Source: Octopus vulgaris
Taxonomy: Eukaryota
Length of the DNA: 64,000 nt
Assembly: GCA_951406725.2 (NCBI GenBank)
Contig: OX597821.1
Span: 49,848,001-49,912,000, forward strand
Direction: 5' to 3'
This document shows, piece by piece, positions 23,663 to 37,181 of the stretch. A program made the position numbers and the translations under genes. Within the stretch, counting starts at the first letter, position 1, and every line of letters begins with the position of its first letter. The notes under the pieces are model-generated. The model had not been told where the DNA came from. It ran no database searches and saw nothing but the letters and a program-made list of their open reading frames with translations.

Positions 23663-24161
23663 AATAAAGAACACATTGCTTCAATTGAAATATAACAAGA
23701 AACAATTTCCTAACGGAATAAAGTGTTTGTTTCGTATTAATTTCATTGAGCGAAATTCTACTCCGGTCATGGAAATCCGTTCCTGAGTTTTATAGAAACA
23801 AATTATTCCTGTGACACCATTCGCTTGTAAACCAATAGTTTAAGTTAGCGTTGATGCATTTAATACAGTAAGCATGAAAAAGCTAACCCGAAAAATACAG
23901 GTCAATGATTTGATTATTTAATTTAATTAAGTCGGCAATTACAGACTTGCGGATGTCACAAATATGTATGTATAAATGTGCATGTGTACATGTAGGTTAA
24001 TGATGCCATCTACATCCGATATACATATATGTGACATCCGCAATGTCACATATATGTATGTATGAATATACATACATAATACATACATACATACATACAT
24101 ACATACATACATACATACATACATACACACACATACATACATACATACATACATACATACA

Positions 24162-24193
<32 letters not shown>

Positions 24194-24316
24194 ATTAGCT
24201 ACTGATCTTGCAACAAACAAACCAGCTAGTTATAAAATCTATGTAAGAGATGAAAGTATTAACTGTACGGACGAGTAATGTTTGTCGCCACTTCAACGTG
24301 GCTGTTCCGTAAGTTC

Positions 24317-24368
24317 GGGCGTTACTGCTATTTCTTTAACCCCAAGAGGATATCTCCTCTAGTAGGTT
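24317..24368. ncRNA. Copy C of the unnamed covarying structured motif
   Basis: ggg-cgtt-act-gctatttc-ttt-aacc-cca-agagg-atatct-cctct-agt-a-ggtt. Confidence 0.4.
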
Positions 24369-24731
24369 AATAATGCCACCTACATCCGATATAATGCAAG
24401 CTGGAGAGCGAACCCTACTACCTTCTAGTGACAAGACCCTCTGGCAGGATATCCCACTAGAGCATGCAAGCTGGGGAGCGAACCCTACGACCTTCTAGCG
24501 ACAGGACCAGCAAACCAGCTTGGTTTCGGGCTATTTCTATCCTTCGTCAGCGCTGGACACCTTGTCTACTAGAGATGGCAATAGTTCGCTGAAGCCTATA
24601 ATATATAAAAATTCAAGCAACATTCAGTCGCTGATCATACAGCAAGCAGAAGTAGATGTGTAGTAAAAAGCTTGCTTCACAACCACATGATTCCAGGTTC
24701 AGTCCCACTGCGTGAGACTATATATATATAT

Positions 24732-25123
24732 ATATTAACAGTTATCGCCAAGCTAATGTGGCAGTCCATAAATATAGAACGAAAGTTGCCGTTGATTAGC
24801 TCCGTTGATTAGCTATGACACACGAACCTGTGTTCATTATAACCTTTGAACAGGGGAGGTCAGCCGCTTCCCCTTGCTGGTCAGGCAACTGCAGACATAT
24901 TTCAGGATATTTGCCCTTTATCAATGCAGAGTAGCGGAACCCAGCAGGCGTCGCTGTTGACCGTCTGTTCAAGTGATTATTTACCTTATTTCAGTGGAAT
25001 ACATCCACTGGTTTTCAAAAATAGAAATATTAAAGGAGACTACGACCTCTTGGAGCTAATCAACGGCAGCTTTCGATTTACATTTATGGACTGCCATATT
25101 AGATTGGCGATAACTGTTAATAT
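24732..25123. mobile_element. MITE with ~70-bp terminal inverted repeats
   Basis: atattaacagttatcgccaagctaatgtggcagtccataaat...gttgccgttgattagctcc is inverted to ggagctaatcaacggcagc...atttatggactgccatattagattggcgataactgttaatat. Confidence 0.85.
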
Positions 25124-25849
25124 CCAGTACCGCTGCCGTAGTCTCCTTTAGAGAGACTTATAAATAATAATATTTCTATTTTTGAAATCCAGGACTTAGT
25201 CTTTGTAAGTGATTGGGAAGCAAGCTTCTTACCACATACCCAAGCCCTCCTCTTTTGAGAGGAGTCTACTGCAAATATGTAGAGGAGGAAGTTGGATAAT
25301 ATTGGAGAAAATTCTTTTTTATATCTTTTCCACACATGGATTCCTTGCATGTAAGAAAAAAATGGAATGGTTGCTCAGGGCTAACTTGGGGCAGAAGAAC
25401 AACAACGAATATGCAATATGTTTCTGCTACATACAGCACATCCACAGAAAGTGCCGAGGCAGAGCATAAGGTCGGTTCCGGGAAATTAACCATCCAAAAT
25501 GTCGAACATTCGATTCTAGCAGCTGTCACTCTCATAATAATCGGTGATATGAACAAATGACTCGTGAACCTAGAGTGGACACTTCATCATATTTAATGTT
25601 CCTTGCAAGGTCGGCGATTTTCTGATATTTTCGCACTTTTTCAACTGTCCATTTTTATCGGCAAGCAACAGCTGCTTTAACTTGGCACTGTAAACAAACC
25701 ATATTTGTTTACTCGCTTGAAATCCATCAATATCGTGATTGGGTATACAAAAGGCTACAGTTCATTGATGCTGCCTTTTAAGTACTCAATTATTAATTAT
25801 TTTTTGTTAAATAATCAAACCACATATATAATTTTTATTTTACTTCATA

Positions 25850-26223
25850 CTAGCAGTATCGCCCGGCGTTGCTCAGGTTTGTAAGGGAAATAACTATAAA
25901 GCATTTTTAGAGAGTTATAGCCAAAAAATGGAAAAAAAAATGATGGTAAATTTTTTTTTTTAGTTAAAAAGGTCGAGTTGCGTCCCCTAGACAGTCTGTG
26001 GTTTGTGTTTCTGATTCTCGACCCCATGTCGAATTTATCGATTTTTTTCAGAACTGGGGGAACTTTTCAAAATTTTCGCTGCGTTAGTTTTGAATTATGA
26101 CATTGGGCTATGTGTGTGTCAAGTTTCATCAGAATTGGTTGAAAGCCGTGGTCAGGGTGAGGGTACAACCTAACAGACACACAGAAACACACACAGACAA
26201 ACTGCCGTTTATATATAGAGAGA
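25850..26223 (-). mobile_element. Non-autonomous Helitron
   Basis: Minus strand A|TCtctctatatataaacggcag ... cctgagcaacgccggg hairpin ... CTAG|T: canonical 5'-TC, subterminal hairpin, CTRR-3' and AT insertion site. Confidence 0.85.
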
Positions 26224-26608
26224 TATAAATCTGCTTAGTGTTATCACCTGCAGCCACTTTAGAACGAAACACAAAGTAAGTAGCTGAGTACATGAAATAT
26301 AGGACATAGTGAAATTTGATACTACAAACCCTTGCTAGTGCCTCTACCAGTTGTGGTCCCAGTTACCTTGTTTAGAAACCTACTCTTTACGGAAGTTCTG
26401 CGTCGATGAAAATCATGCTGTAACGTGATATTCCGTAACGTGAAATGTATTTCCTCTTCGATTTTTGCTTCACTGACTTCAATGTCGACTTAAGTTTTGC
26501 GCTATAGAACACCACAATTTAGCACGATTTCCCGGCGTACATAGTTTGTGGCTTGAGTATGTAACGACTTTATTTTTGATTGGTAAACAATAATATGATG
26601 ATATTTAG

Positions 26609-27254
26609 TGTTAGGACGGCAAATTGTAAGATGTGCAAGATGAACAATGCATGAAGTTTTAAGGAAATGTTTATTTACCGTTACGTTACAAATGCTTTGC
26701 CTCGACGGGCAGGTTTTGATACATCCAAAAGCATGCGAAGTAAAGTTTGTTTGTGACCTCTTCGTTGTTTAGTAGTAATTACGGAGAGAGATAGAATGAT
26801 GTTGTAAGAGAACAGAATTAGAGCCAGAGAGAATTGTAGGGTGTTGTCTCACAGTAGCTTTCTCCCTCTGACCAAGGTTGTTCAGCCAGACTTCGTTGAG
26901 TCGTCACCGGTTGGTGACTAACTGCGGTTGAGTCGTTACCCGGCTGGTGACTAACTGATTTTGCTTGGAGTGTGCTCGCTTATATAACCATACAGAAAGA
27001 TAGATATATCATTGAGAAAAATAGATTTAGTTGGTGGTCTTGTTATCTCTATTCTAGTTTTGGTGAAGTAGAAGAGGTTAGAAATGATCAAGTGGTGAAG
27101 ACATTATTTCGGCCTAGCTAAAGGCATCTGGAAAATGTAAAACTACTGTCAAAGAAAAACCATTGTTCCACCGTGGGAAAAGTTCTGTTGCAGTGTTAAT
27201 TTAAATTTGGCTGTGGTGGATCGAATCCACTTCATGCATGCAAGATCCACTACA
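26609..27254 (-). mobile_element. Probable solo LTR (646 bp)
   Basis: TG...CA termini (minus: TGTAGTGG...CCTAACA), TATATAA box near 26985, AATAAA near 26672, internal 30-bp tandem duplication; no clean TSD. Confidence 0.55.
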
Positions 27255-28720
27255 AGTAAGTTGTAAATAACTACACCTGCTGTTTTCCCATTCATAGGTA
27301 ATATTTTGCTTGCTCTTCTTTCGTAGTGAAATCACTAAGTACCAATCTAACTAAAGCTCTTCCAGAGCTGACCTCCGTGAAAGGAGCGGAAAGAAAGGCT
27401 ATGAGACTGCTATATCTATTAACTCATCAACTTGTACTGAAACTGATTTTACATGTTACTCGACATTTCATGAATTCAACTCGTAACAGTGCTATATTTA
27501 ACTTCAAGTATTGTGTTACTAACATATTCTCATGTTTGTTAGAAAATTCGTAAAATACATGTACAGAAGAGTGTCGTTTAACATCTCACTCTCCAGGAAT
27601 TTTTTCTTTATTCATTTTGGTGAGCAAATTATGTTGAAAGGAGCAACAAAAGTTTTTACCACGTTTCTAATAAAAACAGGACACTAAATAGATTTGATTT
27701 TAGTTGATTTATTTTTCTGCGTGTATTTTAGATTTAAGTAATTTGAGTAAGTAATAATTAAAACTCTGTGGTTAGACTAAAAGATAACATTCAGCATTTC
27801 TTTTTTTCTTTCTTATAATGCAATAATACCACCAAACGATAAACAAATGCATTTATCTCTAAAATTAGAGGTAAGTAGACTTCTTCCCACTCCACGCATA
27901 AAATTGTTTTTTCTTTGTCTTTTTTGGGGTCACCATTTTCATAAGGGAAATTATGGTATAAAAATCCTAACACCAACCAGGAAAAACGAAAATTAGTTAC
28001 ACATTAAGTATTTGAAATCTCATGAATGTGAGGTTTGCCAAACGAAACAGAACTTTGGCAAACGTAATTTTTACATTATCATGTCAAGTTAATGTTTATT
28101 CGCTTCAGGAATATTTTGGTAAATGTTGTATAGAATAGCCAACACCTACCGGAGTGTTAGTTTCATGGTATGATAGGCCATTAGTGTAGTCTTCACCAAT
28201 ATTCTCCTTTGAACCGCTCTATTTCTTCCCCATCAGCCGTAGATCGCCATTAGAATCAATCTTCAAACGTTCACTTTTGCTCAGAAGGCAGGCCTGTCGT
28301 CAGACTTTAGTACCTGAGGGTGCTTCAGAATATTCTGCGTGAGCACTAATTTGTTATAATGCTAAAGTGGAGTTTTGAAATAAGTGGACCACTGTAAATC
28401 TGAGGGTGCACCATTGAATAGTGGGGAGGAAGTGCTGTTCAGTACACCCTCTTAGCGCAACGAATTGCTTTTTATTCGTACGACCTTGAATTTTGTCATT
28501 CTGAGTGTGTTCTCTTTATTTGTTTAACATGCTTTCTTTCAGGGCTCATCGTTATTATTATTTCTGTTCCTTTTTTGATTCCAGTGTTCCTGATTGTATG
28601 ATACTCTGCTCATCCTCCATATTCTCTCCATCATCTCAGGCGAAGTAGTAATACTACTGGGGATAGAATCTTCAGTTTACAAACAGAATCTTCAGCTTAT
28701 TGGTCGTCAGCTTCTTTATC

Positions 28721-28954
28721 TGTTTCTTTATTACCCACAAGGTGCTAAACATAGAGGGGACAAACAAGGACAGACAAACGGATTAAGTCGATTACACCGA
28801 CCCCAGTGCGTAACTGGTACTTAATTTATTGACTCCGAAAGGATGAAAGGTAAAGTCGACCTCGGCGGAATTTTAACTCAGAACGTAACGGCAGACGAAA
28901 TACGGCTACGCATTTCGCCCGGCGTGCTAACGGTTCTGCCAGGTCGCCACCTTT
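28721..28954 (-). mobile_element. Meta-domain-type SINE with a 14-bp TSD
   Basis: Same family as 5583-6166; TSD tcagcttctttatc at 28707-28720 and 28955-28968. Confidence 0.85.
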
Positions 28955-29690
28955 TCAGCTTCTTTATCGTCGACATCTAACATTGTGAATGAGGCATGAT
29001 TTTCCATCATCCTCGGTGCTGCGCCCAGTAGTATCCTGAAAACAGTAACTTTCGTGGTCTTCCATTTTTTTCACGACCATCTTCATAGCTCTCTTTTACT
29101 CTGTTTTTGAAGTCCTTCCATGTACAAATCCCCCAAGCAGTTCTTTTGGCCACGCGTGTAGCCTCTTAGCCTTCGATTTTGCATCAGTCTCATGACCTTT
29201 TCTTCCACAGTCTCTATAGGGCTCATCACTGGAATAGATTTGTGGTCTTCAAGAGTCATCAGATTGCTTCTTTATATTGTCCTCAGCTTTAAAACAAAGC
29301 CCTACTCCAACCGACAGAGAATATATCGCTACACACACTTACAATTTCAAATGTTTCTTGAAAGATCCGTCCTGGTGACGCAGAGAACCATGACATTCTT
29401 ATCTCACGCTCTTGTATTAAAAAAAGAAAGAACTCTGGCGGAGATGCTTCCTCTCTGATTACATGACACGGCTTAGCAAATTTTTGTTCACCCAAGTGTT
29501 TCATATCTAATACCTGTTAGTTATATGCGGGGTCTGCTTTATCTTTGTCACTCGACTGAGGTTTTGCTCCAATATTTTCATTTGGCAAATGTGTTGGTAT
29601 ATGTGCAGGCTTTGTTGTGGCTTTTACTGTTGTTGTTGCTATTGTTGTTGCTGTTGCTGCTGTTGTTGTTACTATTCTTGTTAATTGTAT

Positions 29691-30092
29691 CACTTGCCCA
29701 AGGTGCCACGCAGTGGGACTGAACCCGGAACCATGTGGTTGGTAAGCAAGCTACTTACCACACAGCCACTCCTGCATGGCAACTTGGGCAAATGTCTTCT
29801 ACTATAGCATCGGGCCGACCAAAGCCTTGTGAGTGGATAAGGTAGACGGAAACTCAAAGAAGCCCATCGTATATATATATATATATATATATAAATGTGT
29901 GTGTGTGTGTGTGTGTGTGTGTCTGTCTGTCTGTCTGTGTTTGTCCCCCCGACATCGCTTGACAACCGATCGGCAAGAGAGACCGATAGAATAAGTACTA
30001 GGTTTGCAAAGAATAAGTCCTTGGTCGATTTGCTCGACTAAAGCGGTGCTCCAGCATGGCCGCAGTCAAATGGCTGAAACAAGTAAAAGAGT
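29691..30092 (+). mobile_element. tRNA-head SINE with inverted 5' head
   Basis: 29691-29775 is the reverse complement of the SINE head; the body continues on plus from gcatggcaacttgggcaaatgtc to gaaacaagtaaaagag. Confidence 0.8.
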
Positions 30093-30414
30093 AATGTTAC
30101 TGGAGTATTTGGAATGGCATCAAGAGGAGCAAACACGTATGTAGACCAAATTCCTAGCAGCTCCAAAATAAGTGAATCTTAAAAGATCATACTAATGGGT
30201 ATCGCACACATTCTACGTAAATTCCTCACACAATCTCACACATTCTACATAAATCTTTTGCACTCTGTATTTTGTCTCTCACAGACATCAATGCTTTCAG
30301 TTGCATGGCACCTCATTTACTAGCATCGTTAAATACAAAACCTCGTTGTCTATTGACGTCTCTGGCTGAGACTTGGGTGCAACTCATACAAATTAATGCA
30401 AAACTAAAAATAAC

Positions 30415-30480
<66 letters not shown>

Positions 30481-30482
<2 letters not shown>

Positions 30483-32120
30483 CTAAAACTATACGCTGCA
30501 AGTGACAAACAGCTGGAAACACTATTAAAGACAGTTCATGGATTTACCAAAGAAATAGATATGAAATTTGGATTAGAAAAATGCGCCAAAGTAACCCTGA
30601 AAAGAGGAAAACTAGTTAAGAGTAGCAACATCACACTAGATAAAACCAATGAAATAAAAGAATTAGACCAAAACCAAACTTACAAATACTTAGGAATCCA
30701 TGAACTAGATAAGACACAACACACACAAATGAAAGAGAAAATAAAAAAGAATATTATAGACGAGTTAGATCAATACTAAACACAGAGCTCAATGCTAAAA
30801 ACAAGATAATAGGTATCAACACTTTAGCTGTCCCAGTTATAAGTTACAGCTACAATATCCTTAACTGGACACTAAATGAACTGACCAAAATAGATAGGAA
30901 AACAAGAAAAATAATGACAGGATCTAGGATGCATCACCCAAAATCTGACATAGAAAGACTATATATACAACGTATAGAAGGTGGCAGAGGCCTTATACAG
31001 CTGGAAAACTACTATAAAATAACCACCATAGGACTGCAAAAATATCTACTTCAGAAGGAAGGAAAACTGATACAAATAGCGGCAAAACACGAACAAAACA
31101 AAAAAACTGTTCTCAGTATTTAAGGAAGCTGACAAATACAAACAAGAAATCATACCACCTAACAAATATGAAGAAGAAGAAGAAGATGATGAAGAAACAA
31201 CAAAAGCTATAAAATCCAAACTAAAACTAGAACAGCAAAGAACCATGATAAAACGATGGCAAGAAAAGCTCCTTCATGGTAAATACTGAACTAAAGTAAA
31301 TGCAAAAGAAATAGACAAAGAAAAATCCCAGCAATGGTTGAGAAGCTCAGGACTCAAAGCAGAAACAGAGGGATTTTTAATTGCAGCACAAGACCAAAGC
31401 CTCCCCACCAGAAATTACCAAAAACATGTAATGAAAAGAAATATAACAAGTAACTGCAGAATATGTGGAGATGGACGAAAAACAATAAATCATATTATCT
31501 CTGGCTGCCCAGTCCTGGCTAAGAAGGAATATATTCACAGACACGACAGAGTTGGGACCTACATACACTGGAAGCTATGCCAACATTATGGAATAACAAC
31601 AGAAAAAAGATGGTATAGGCACACACCGGAAAAGGTCACAGAAAACGAGAAAGCAACCATACTCTGGGATATGCCCATACACACAGACAGAGAAATTAAG
31701 GCCAACAGACCAGATATAGTTGTCAGAGATCATGAAGAAAAAAATGCTTTCTAATTGATGTATCAATACCAGCAGATGACAACGTGTCTCTAAAAGAAAT
31801 GGAGAAACTTTCAAAATACAAAGACCTGGAAATAGAGGTAATCAGAATGTGGAATCTAAAAACAGAAACAATTCCTATCATAGTAGGTGCATTAGGCATG
31901 ATAAAAAAATATTCAGACAAATACATAACAAAAACACCAGGACTTACAAATACATATAACATACAGAAAATTGCACTACTAGGCACTGCACACATCCTAC
32001 GCAGAACACTTTCCATACAATAACCATCAGAGCATCACAACAAATCACAGCACATACCCAAGGTACACAGAGCTGCGCTCGGTAGTGAAGTGAAAGCACG
32101 CTATAAAAATAAAACTACTG
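30481..32120 (+). mobile_element. Dong/R4-clade RLE LINE, 5'-truncated, inserted in (TAA)n
   Basis: Starts just after YMDD (LKLYAA); contains GGRGL, LKAETEGFLIAAQDQ, CRICG..TINHIISGC (CCHC) and RHD..ILWD..ANRPDIVV..IDVSIP (RLE); (AAT)n on both sides. Confidence 0.92.
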
Positions 32121-32150
32121 AATAATAATAATAATAATAATAAAAATAAA

Positions 32151-32215
<65 letters not shown>

Positions 32216-32216
<1 letters not shown>

Positions 32217-34900
32217 CTGAGATAAAAGAAAAGCTGAAGCAAGATATCCTTGCCAAAGCACAAAGGATCCGCCGGTACGAGAAACGCCAACGCTTCTTTG
32301 AACAAAACAAAAAGTTCAACTCCAACCCCAAAAAGTTCTACCAAGAACTGGGCAAAAATAAAATAGAAGTCACTGCAGCACCAACGGCAGAAGAATTGGA
32401 AGAATTCTGGAGAGAAATATGGTCGGCGAACGAACAACCAAAAAAAGGAGTATCAAAATAACAAACTCGGCATCTGAACAACTTTGGACCCCCATAACAA
32501 CTGAAGAGGTCACCCAGGCACTGCAAAGACTAAGCAACTTGAAGGCACCTGGGCATGACAAGATCCCCAACTTCTGGTTGAAATATCTAACAGGAATGCA
32601 CAAAAAGCTGGCTGAAAACTTTAACAACATACTAGCAGAGCCAGAGACAATGCCTGAATGGCTCACGAAGGGGAAAACCATCTTAATTCCCAAATCAAAT
32701 GAAACAGAAAAACCAGAAAACTACAGACCAATAACCTGCCTCCCTACTATGCTCAAGGCATTTACTGCAGTGATATCACAAAGGCTGAACAAGCACCTGG
32801 ACGAAAACAAACTGTTCCCAGAAGAGCAGAAAGGATGCAAAAAGGCTCATATGGCTGTAAAGATCAACTAATGATTAATAAAGCCATAACTGAAGACAGC
32901 CACAGAAAGAAGAAAGGCCTCAGTATGGCCTGGATTGACTACAAAAAGGCGTTTGATAGCATCCCCCACACATGGATCCTCGAAACACTAGCCATTAACA
33001 AAGTAGCACCAACAATCATAAAATTCATAGAGCACTCTATGAATAAATGGCAAACAGTCCTACACCTCCAAACAAAGGAGGGACTCATGAAAACCAAAGA
33101 CATCCCCATTAGAAGAGGAATATTCCAGGGAGACACGCTCTCTCCACTCCTTTTCTGCTTGGCACTGTCACCTCTATCTGATATACTAAATAGAACTGGA
33201 TGCGGATATAAATGTTACGGCAAAACGATCAGCCACCTTTTATATATGGATGACCTAAAACTATACGCTGCAAATGACAAACAGCTGGAAACACTATTAA
33301 AGACAGTTCATGGATTTACCAAAGAAATAGATATGAAATTTGGATTAGAAAAATGCGCCAAAGTAACCCTGAAAAGAGGAAAACTAGTTAAGAGTAACAA
33401 CATCCCACTAGATAAAACCAATGAAATAAAAGAATTAGACCAAAGCCAAACTTACAAATACTTAGGAATCTATGAACTAGATAAGACACAACACACACAA
33501 ATGAAAGAGAAAATAAAAAAAGAGTATTATAGACGAGTTAGATCAATACTAAACACAGAGCTCAATGCCAAAAACAAGATAATAGGTATCAACACTTTAG
33601 CTGTCCCAGTTATAAGTTACAGCTACAATATCCTTAACTGGACACGAAATGAACTGACCAAAATAGATAGGAAAACAAGAAAAATAATGACAGGATCTAG
33701 GATGCATCACCCAAAATCTGACATAGAAACACTATATATACAACGTATAGAAGGTGGCAGAGGCCTTATACAGCTGGAAAACTACTATAAAATAACCACC
33801 ATAGGACTGCAAAAATATCTACTTCAGAAGGAAGGAAAACTGATCCAGATAGCGGCAAAACACGAGCAAAACAAAAACTGTTCTCTGTATTTAAGGAAGC
33901 TGACAAATACAAACAAGAAATCATACCACCTAATAAACATGAAGAAGAAGAAGAAGAAGAAGATGAAGAAACAACAAAAGCTATAAAACAAATGAAATCC
34001 AAACTAAAAATAGAACAGCAACGAACCATGATAAAACGATGGCAAGAAAAGCCCCTTCATGGTAAATACTGCACTAAACTAAACGCAAAAGAAATAAACA
34101 AAGAAAAATCCCAGCAATGGTTGAGAAGCTCAGGACTCAAAGCAGAAACAGAGGGATTTTTAATTGCAGCACAAGACCAAAGCCTCCCCACCAGAAATTA
34201 CCAAAAACATGTAATGAAAAGAAATATAACAAGTAACTGCAGAATATGTGGAGATGGACAAGAAACAATAAATCATATTATCTCTAGCTGCCCAGTCCTG
34301 GCTAAGAAGGAATATATTCACAGACATGACAGAGTTGGAACCTACATACACTGGAAGCTATGCCAACATTATGGAATAACAACAGAAAAAAGATGGTATA
34401 GGCACACACCAGAAAAGGTCACAGAAAACGAGAAAGCAACCATACTCTGGGATATGCCGATACACACAGATAGAGAAATTAAGGCCAACAGACCAGATAT
34501 AGTTGTCAGAGATCATGAAGAAAAAAATGCCTTCTAATTGATGTATCAATACCGGCAGATGACAACGTGTCTCTAAAAGAAATGGAGAAACTCTCAAAAT
34601 ACAAAGACCTGGAAATAGAGGTAACTAGAATGTGGAATCTGAAAACAGAAACAATTCCTATCATAGTAGGTGCATTAGGCATGATAAAAAAATATTCAGA
34701 AAAATACATAACAAAAACACCAGGACTTACAAACACATATAACATACAGAAAATTGCACTACTAGGCACTGCACACATCCTACGCAGAACACTTTCCATA
34801 CAATAACCATCAGAGCATCACAACAAATCACAGCACATACCCAAGGCACACAGAGCTGCGCTCGGTAGTGAAGTGAAAGCACGCTATAAAAATAAAACTA

Positions 34901-34903
<3 letters not shown>
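32216..34903 (+). mobile_element. Dong/R4-clade RLE LINE, longer copy, tandem with the previous one
   Basis: KAPGHDKI..FWLK, NYRPITCL, EQKGC, WIDYKKAFDS, GIFQGDTLSP, YMDDLK, CCHC finger and RLE domain; 3' UTR nearly identical to copy 1; (AAT)n on both sides; frameshifts lie in A runs. Confidence 0.95.
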
Positions 34904-34959
<56 letters not shown>

Positions 34960-34978
34960 CAATAATAATAATAATAAT

Positions 34979-35129
34979 TGCCCTGATGCAGTACAGGCAG
35001 TGGCTCTCATGGCTTCTGATCTTAACTGATTGGAAGTGTTATCATGTACATTGTTTTGTCTTGGTATAAAAGATGGGCTACAGCAAATATTCTGCTCAAT
35101 ACCACAGATTTGCTTGTCAGTTGCTTGAC
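34979..35129 (+). mobile_element. 5' part of a non-coding (TAA)n-associated element (same family as 40749-41336)
   Basis: gtggctctcatggcttctgatcttaactgattggaagt...gatgggctacagcaaatattct shared with the reverse complement of 41190-41336. Confidence 0.7.
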
Positions 35130-35132
35130 AAG

Positions 35133-35380
35133 TGCGAGCTGGCAGTAACGTTAGCACGCCGGGCGAAATGCGTAGCCGTATTTCGTCTGCCGTTACGTTC
35201 AGAGTTCAAATTCCGCCGAGGTCGACTTTGCCTTTCATCATTTCGGGGTCGATAAATTAAGTACCAGTTACGCACTGGGGTCAATATAATCGACTTAATT
35301 TGTTTGTCTGTCCTTGTTTGTCCTCTCTGTGTTTAGCCCCTTGTGGGTAGTAAAGAAATAGGTGTTTCGTCTGCCGTCAC
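35133..35380 (+). mobile_element. Meta-domain-type SINE
   Basis: gcgagctggcagtaacgttagcacgccgggcgaaatgc...gcctttcatcatttcggggtcgataaattaagtaccag. Confidence 0.85.
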
Positions 35381-35389
35381 CTTTGTTGA

Positions 35390-35733
35390 ACTCAGAAAGG
35401 GTTCAGTTTATAATATTGAAGCTATATGTGATTACAGGCATGGCCAATATGTTTATAGCCTCAATTTTGTGTCTGGCATTCAACTAATCTTCGGTAGCAC
35501 TCATTCTTATTTTTTTTTCTCTCATTGGTGAGTGTTTAACTCCATCTCCTTCACATACTCCGAAATATAACTGTCCTTTTATCTCGGTATCGCTGTCATG
35601 AGTGGTGTTGTATGTTTGTTAAGTTTTCCCTTGGTAAATGTTGCCTTGACATATTTGTCGAGCCCAACTTCCATTTTGATGTTATCACTAAATTGTTTGA
35701 CTCCGTCGGAATGTTTTCAATTATTATTATTAC

Positions 35734-35805
<72 letters not shown>

Positions 35806-36500
35806 GTTCTTTCCTTCTTTCTTCAAATTCTCTTCCGTTTCTCGCCGAGTGTTTTCCATACACCTAGGGCAGAGAAGGGCATTGTATATATTCCCAGATT
35901 ACACGCGCAAATTCACAGATAAAATATGTATTTAAAAATTAATAAATAAATAAATTCATGGATGGATGTTATTTTCACAGCGATAGTGCTCTTCTCAGTA
36001 CATGAGCCGTTCCAGTTAATACGATTTTTTGCACTTCCTGTAGGGATGGTAAGCCTGGAATCATTTTCAAATAGGTTTCAGTACCTTTTTTTTTATCATT
36101 CCTAGAGATCCTACAATCACTGGTACTGTAGTTGCCTGGAGATGCCACATTTTTTTCAATTTCTATTAGCATGTCTTTATATTTACTAATCTTGTCAAAT
36201 TCTTTCACCGCTATATTGTGATCACATGGAATACTCATGTCAATTAATAAACACATCCTTTTTGTCTGATCTTTTATAATAATATCCGGTTTATTAGCTT
36301 TTATTGTCCTGTCGGTCTGCACGGGAAAGTCCCATAGAATCGACACATTTTCTCCCTCAGTCACAGCTTCAGGATGATGTTTATACCATTTGTCAGAGGT
36401 TTTGATTTTATAATGCCGACATATTGTCCAATGTAAATACTGGCCGACTCTGTCATGCCTTGCTTTATATTCTGCAGGTGCTAAGACTCTACACCCTGAG
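35390..36500 (-). mobile_element. Two diverged Dong/R4 fragments (RT piece 35390-35718; RLE + 3' UTR 35806-36500) separated by (TTA)n
   Basis: VKQFSDNIKMEVGLDK..KATFTKGKL; ILWDFPVQTDRTIKANKPDIIIKD...LIDMSIP...QKIVLTGTAHVLRRAL. Confidence 0.8.
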
Positions 36501-36563
36501 ATCAGGTGGTCTATTGTTTCAATCTCATCGTTACAGAATCGGCATTTTGGGTCAGCTCCATTT

Positions 36564-36599
<36 letters not shown>

Positions 36600-37106
36600 G
36601 GCTGGTTGGCTGGCTGGATCGGCTTTTTGAAAAAATTCGTGGGCAGCAAAAGAAAATAATTTTTGTGGGGAGCGGAATATATGTGACCTCTACAGCGCTA
36701 GCTTGGTCAGCTTACGGGCACAAGTCCCGAAATTTTGGGGAAGTGAGCCAGTCGATTAGATCTATCCCAGTACGCAACTGCTACTTAACTTATCGACCCC
36801 GAAAGGATAAAAGGCAAAGTCGGCCTCGGCGGAATTTGAACTCAGAACGTAAAGACAGACGAGATACCGCTAAGCCATTCGCCCGGTGTGCTAAGGGGCC
36901 TAATTATTATTATCACTACCACTACCATCCTCATCATCATCATCACCATTATCATTGTTAACACCAATATTATTATTATTTTAAGTACTTCAAATACTGT
37001 ATGATCGATGTTTGTTTTTTGTCTGTGTGTGGCTTGTACAAACAGTAGTGTCTATATGTATAAGGATGGGAATGTCTACGTGATTAATGGTGGTTAGTGT
37101 TTGTAC

Positions 37107-37181
<75 letters not shown>

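Noticed and set aside
24515-24556. Functional hammerhead (CUGACGA...CGAAAC on the minus strand)
   Set aside because: Stem II is imperfect and the cleavage triplet is missing; used only as weak contextual evidence.
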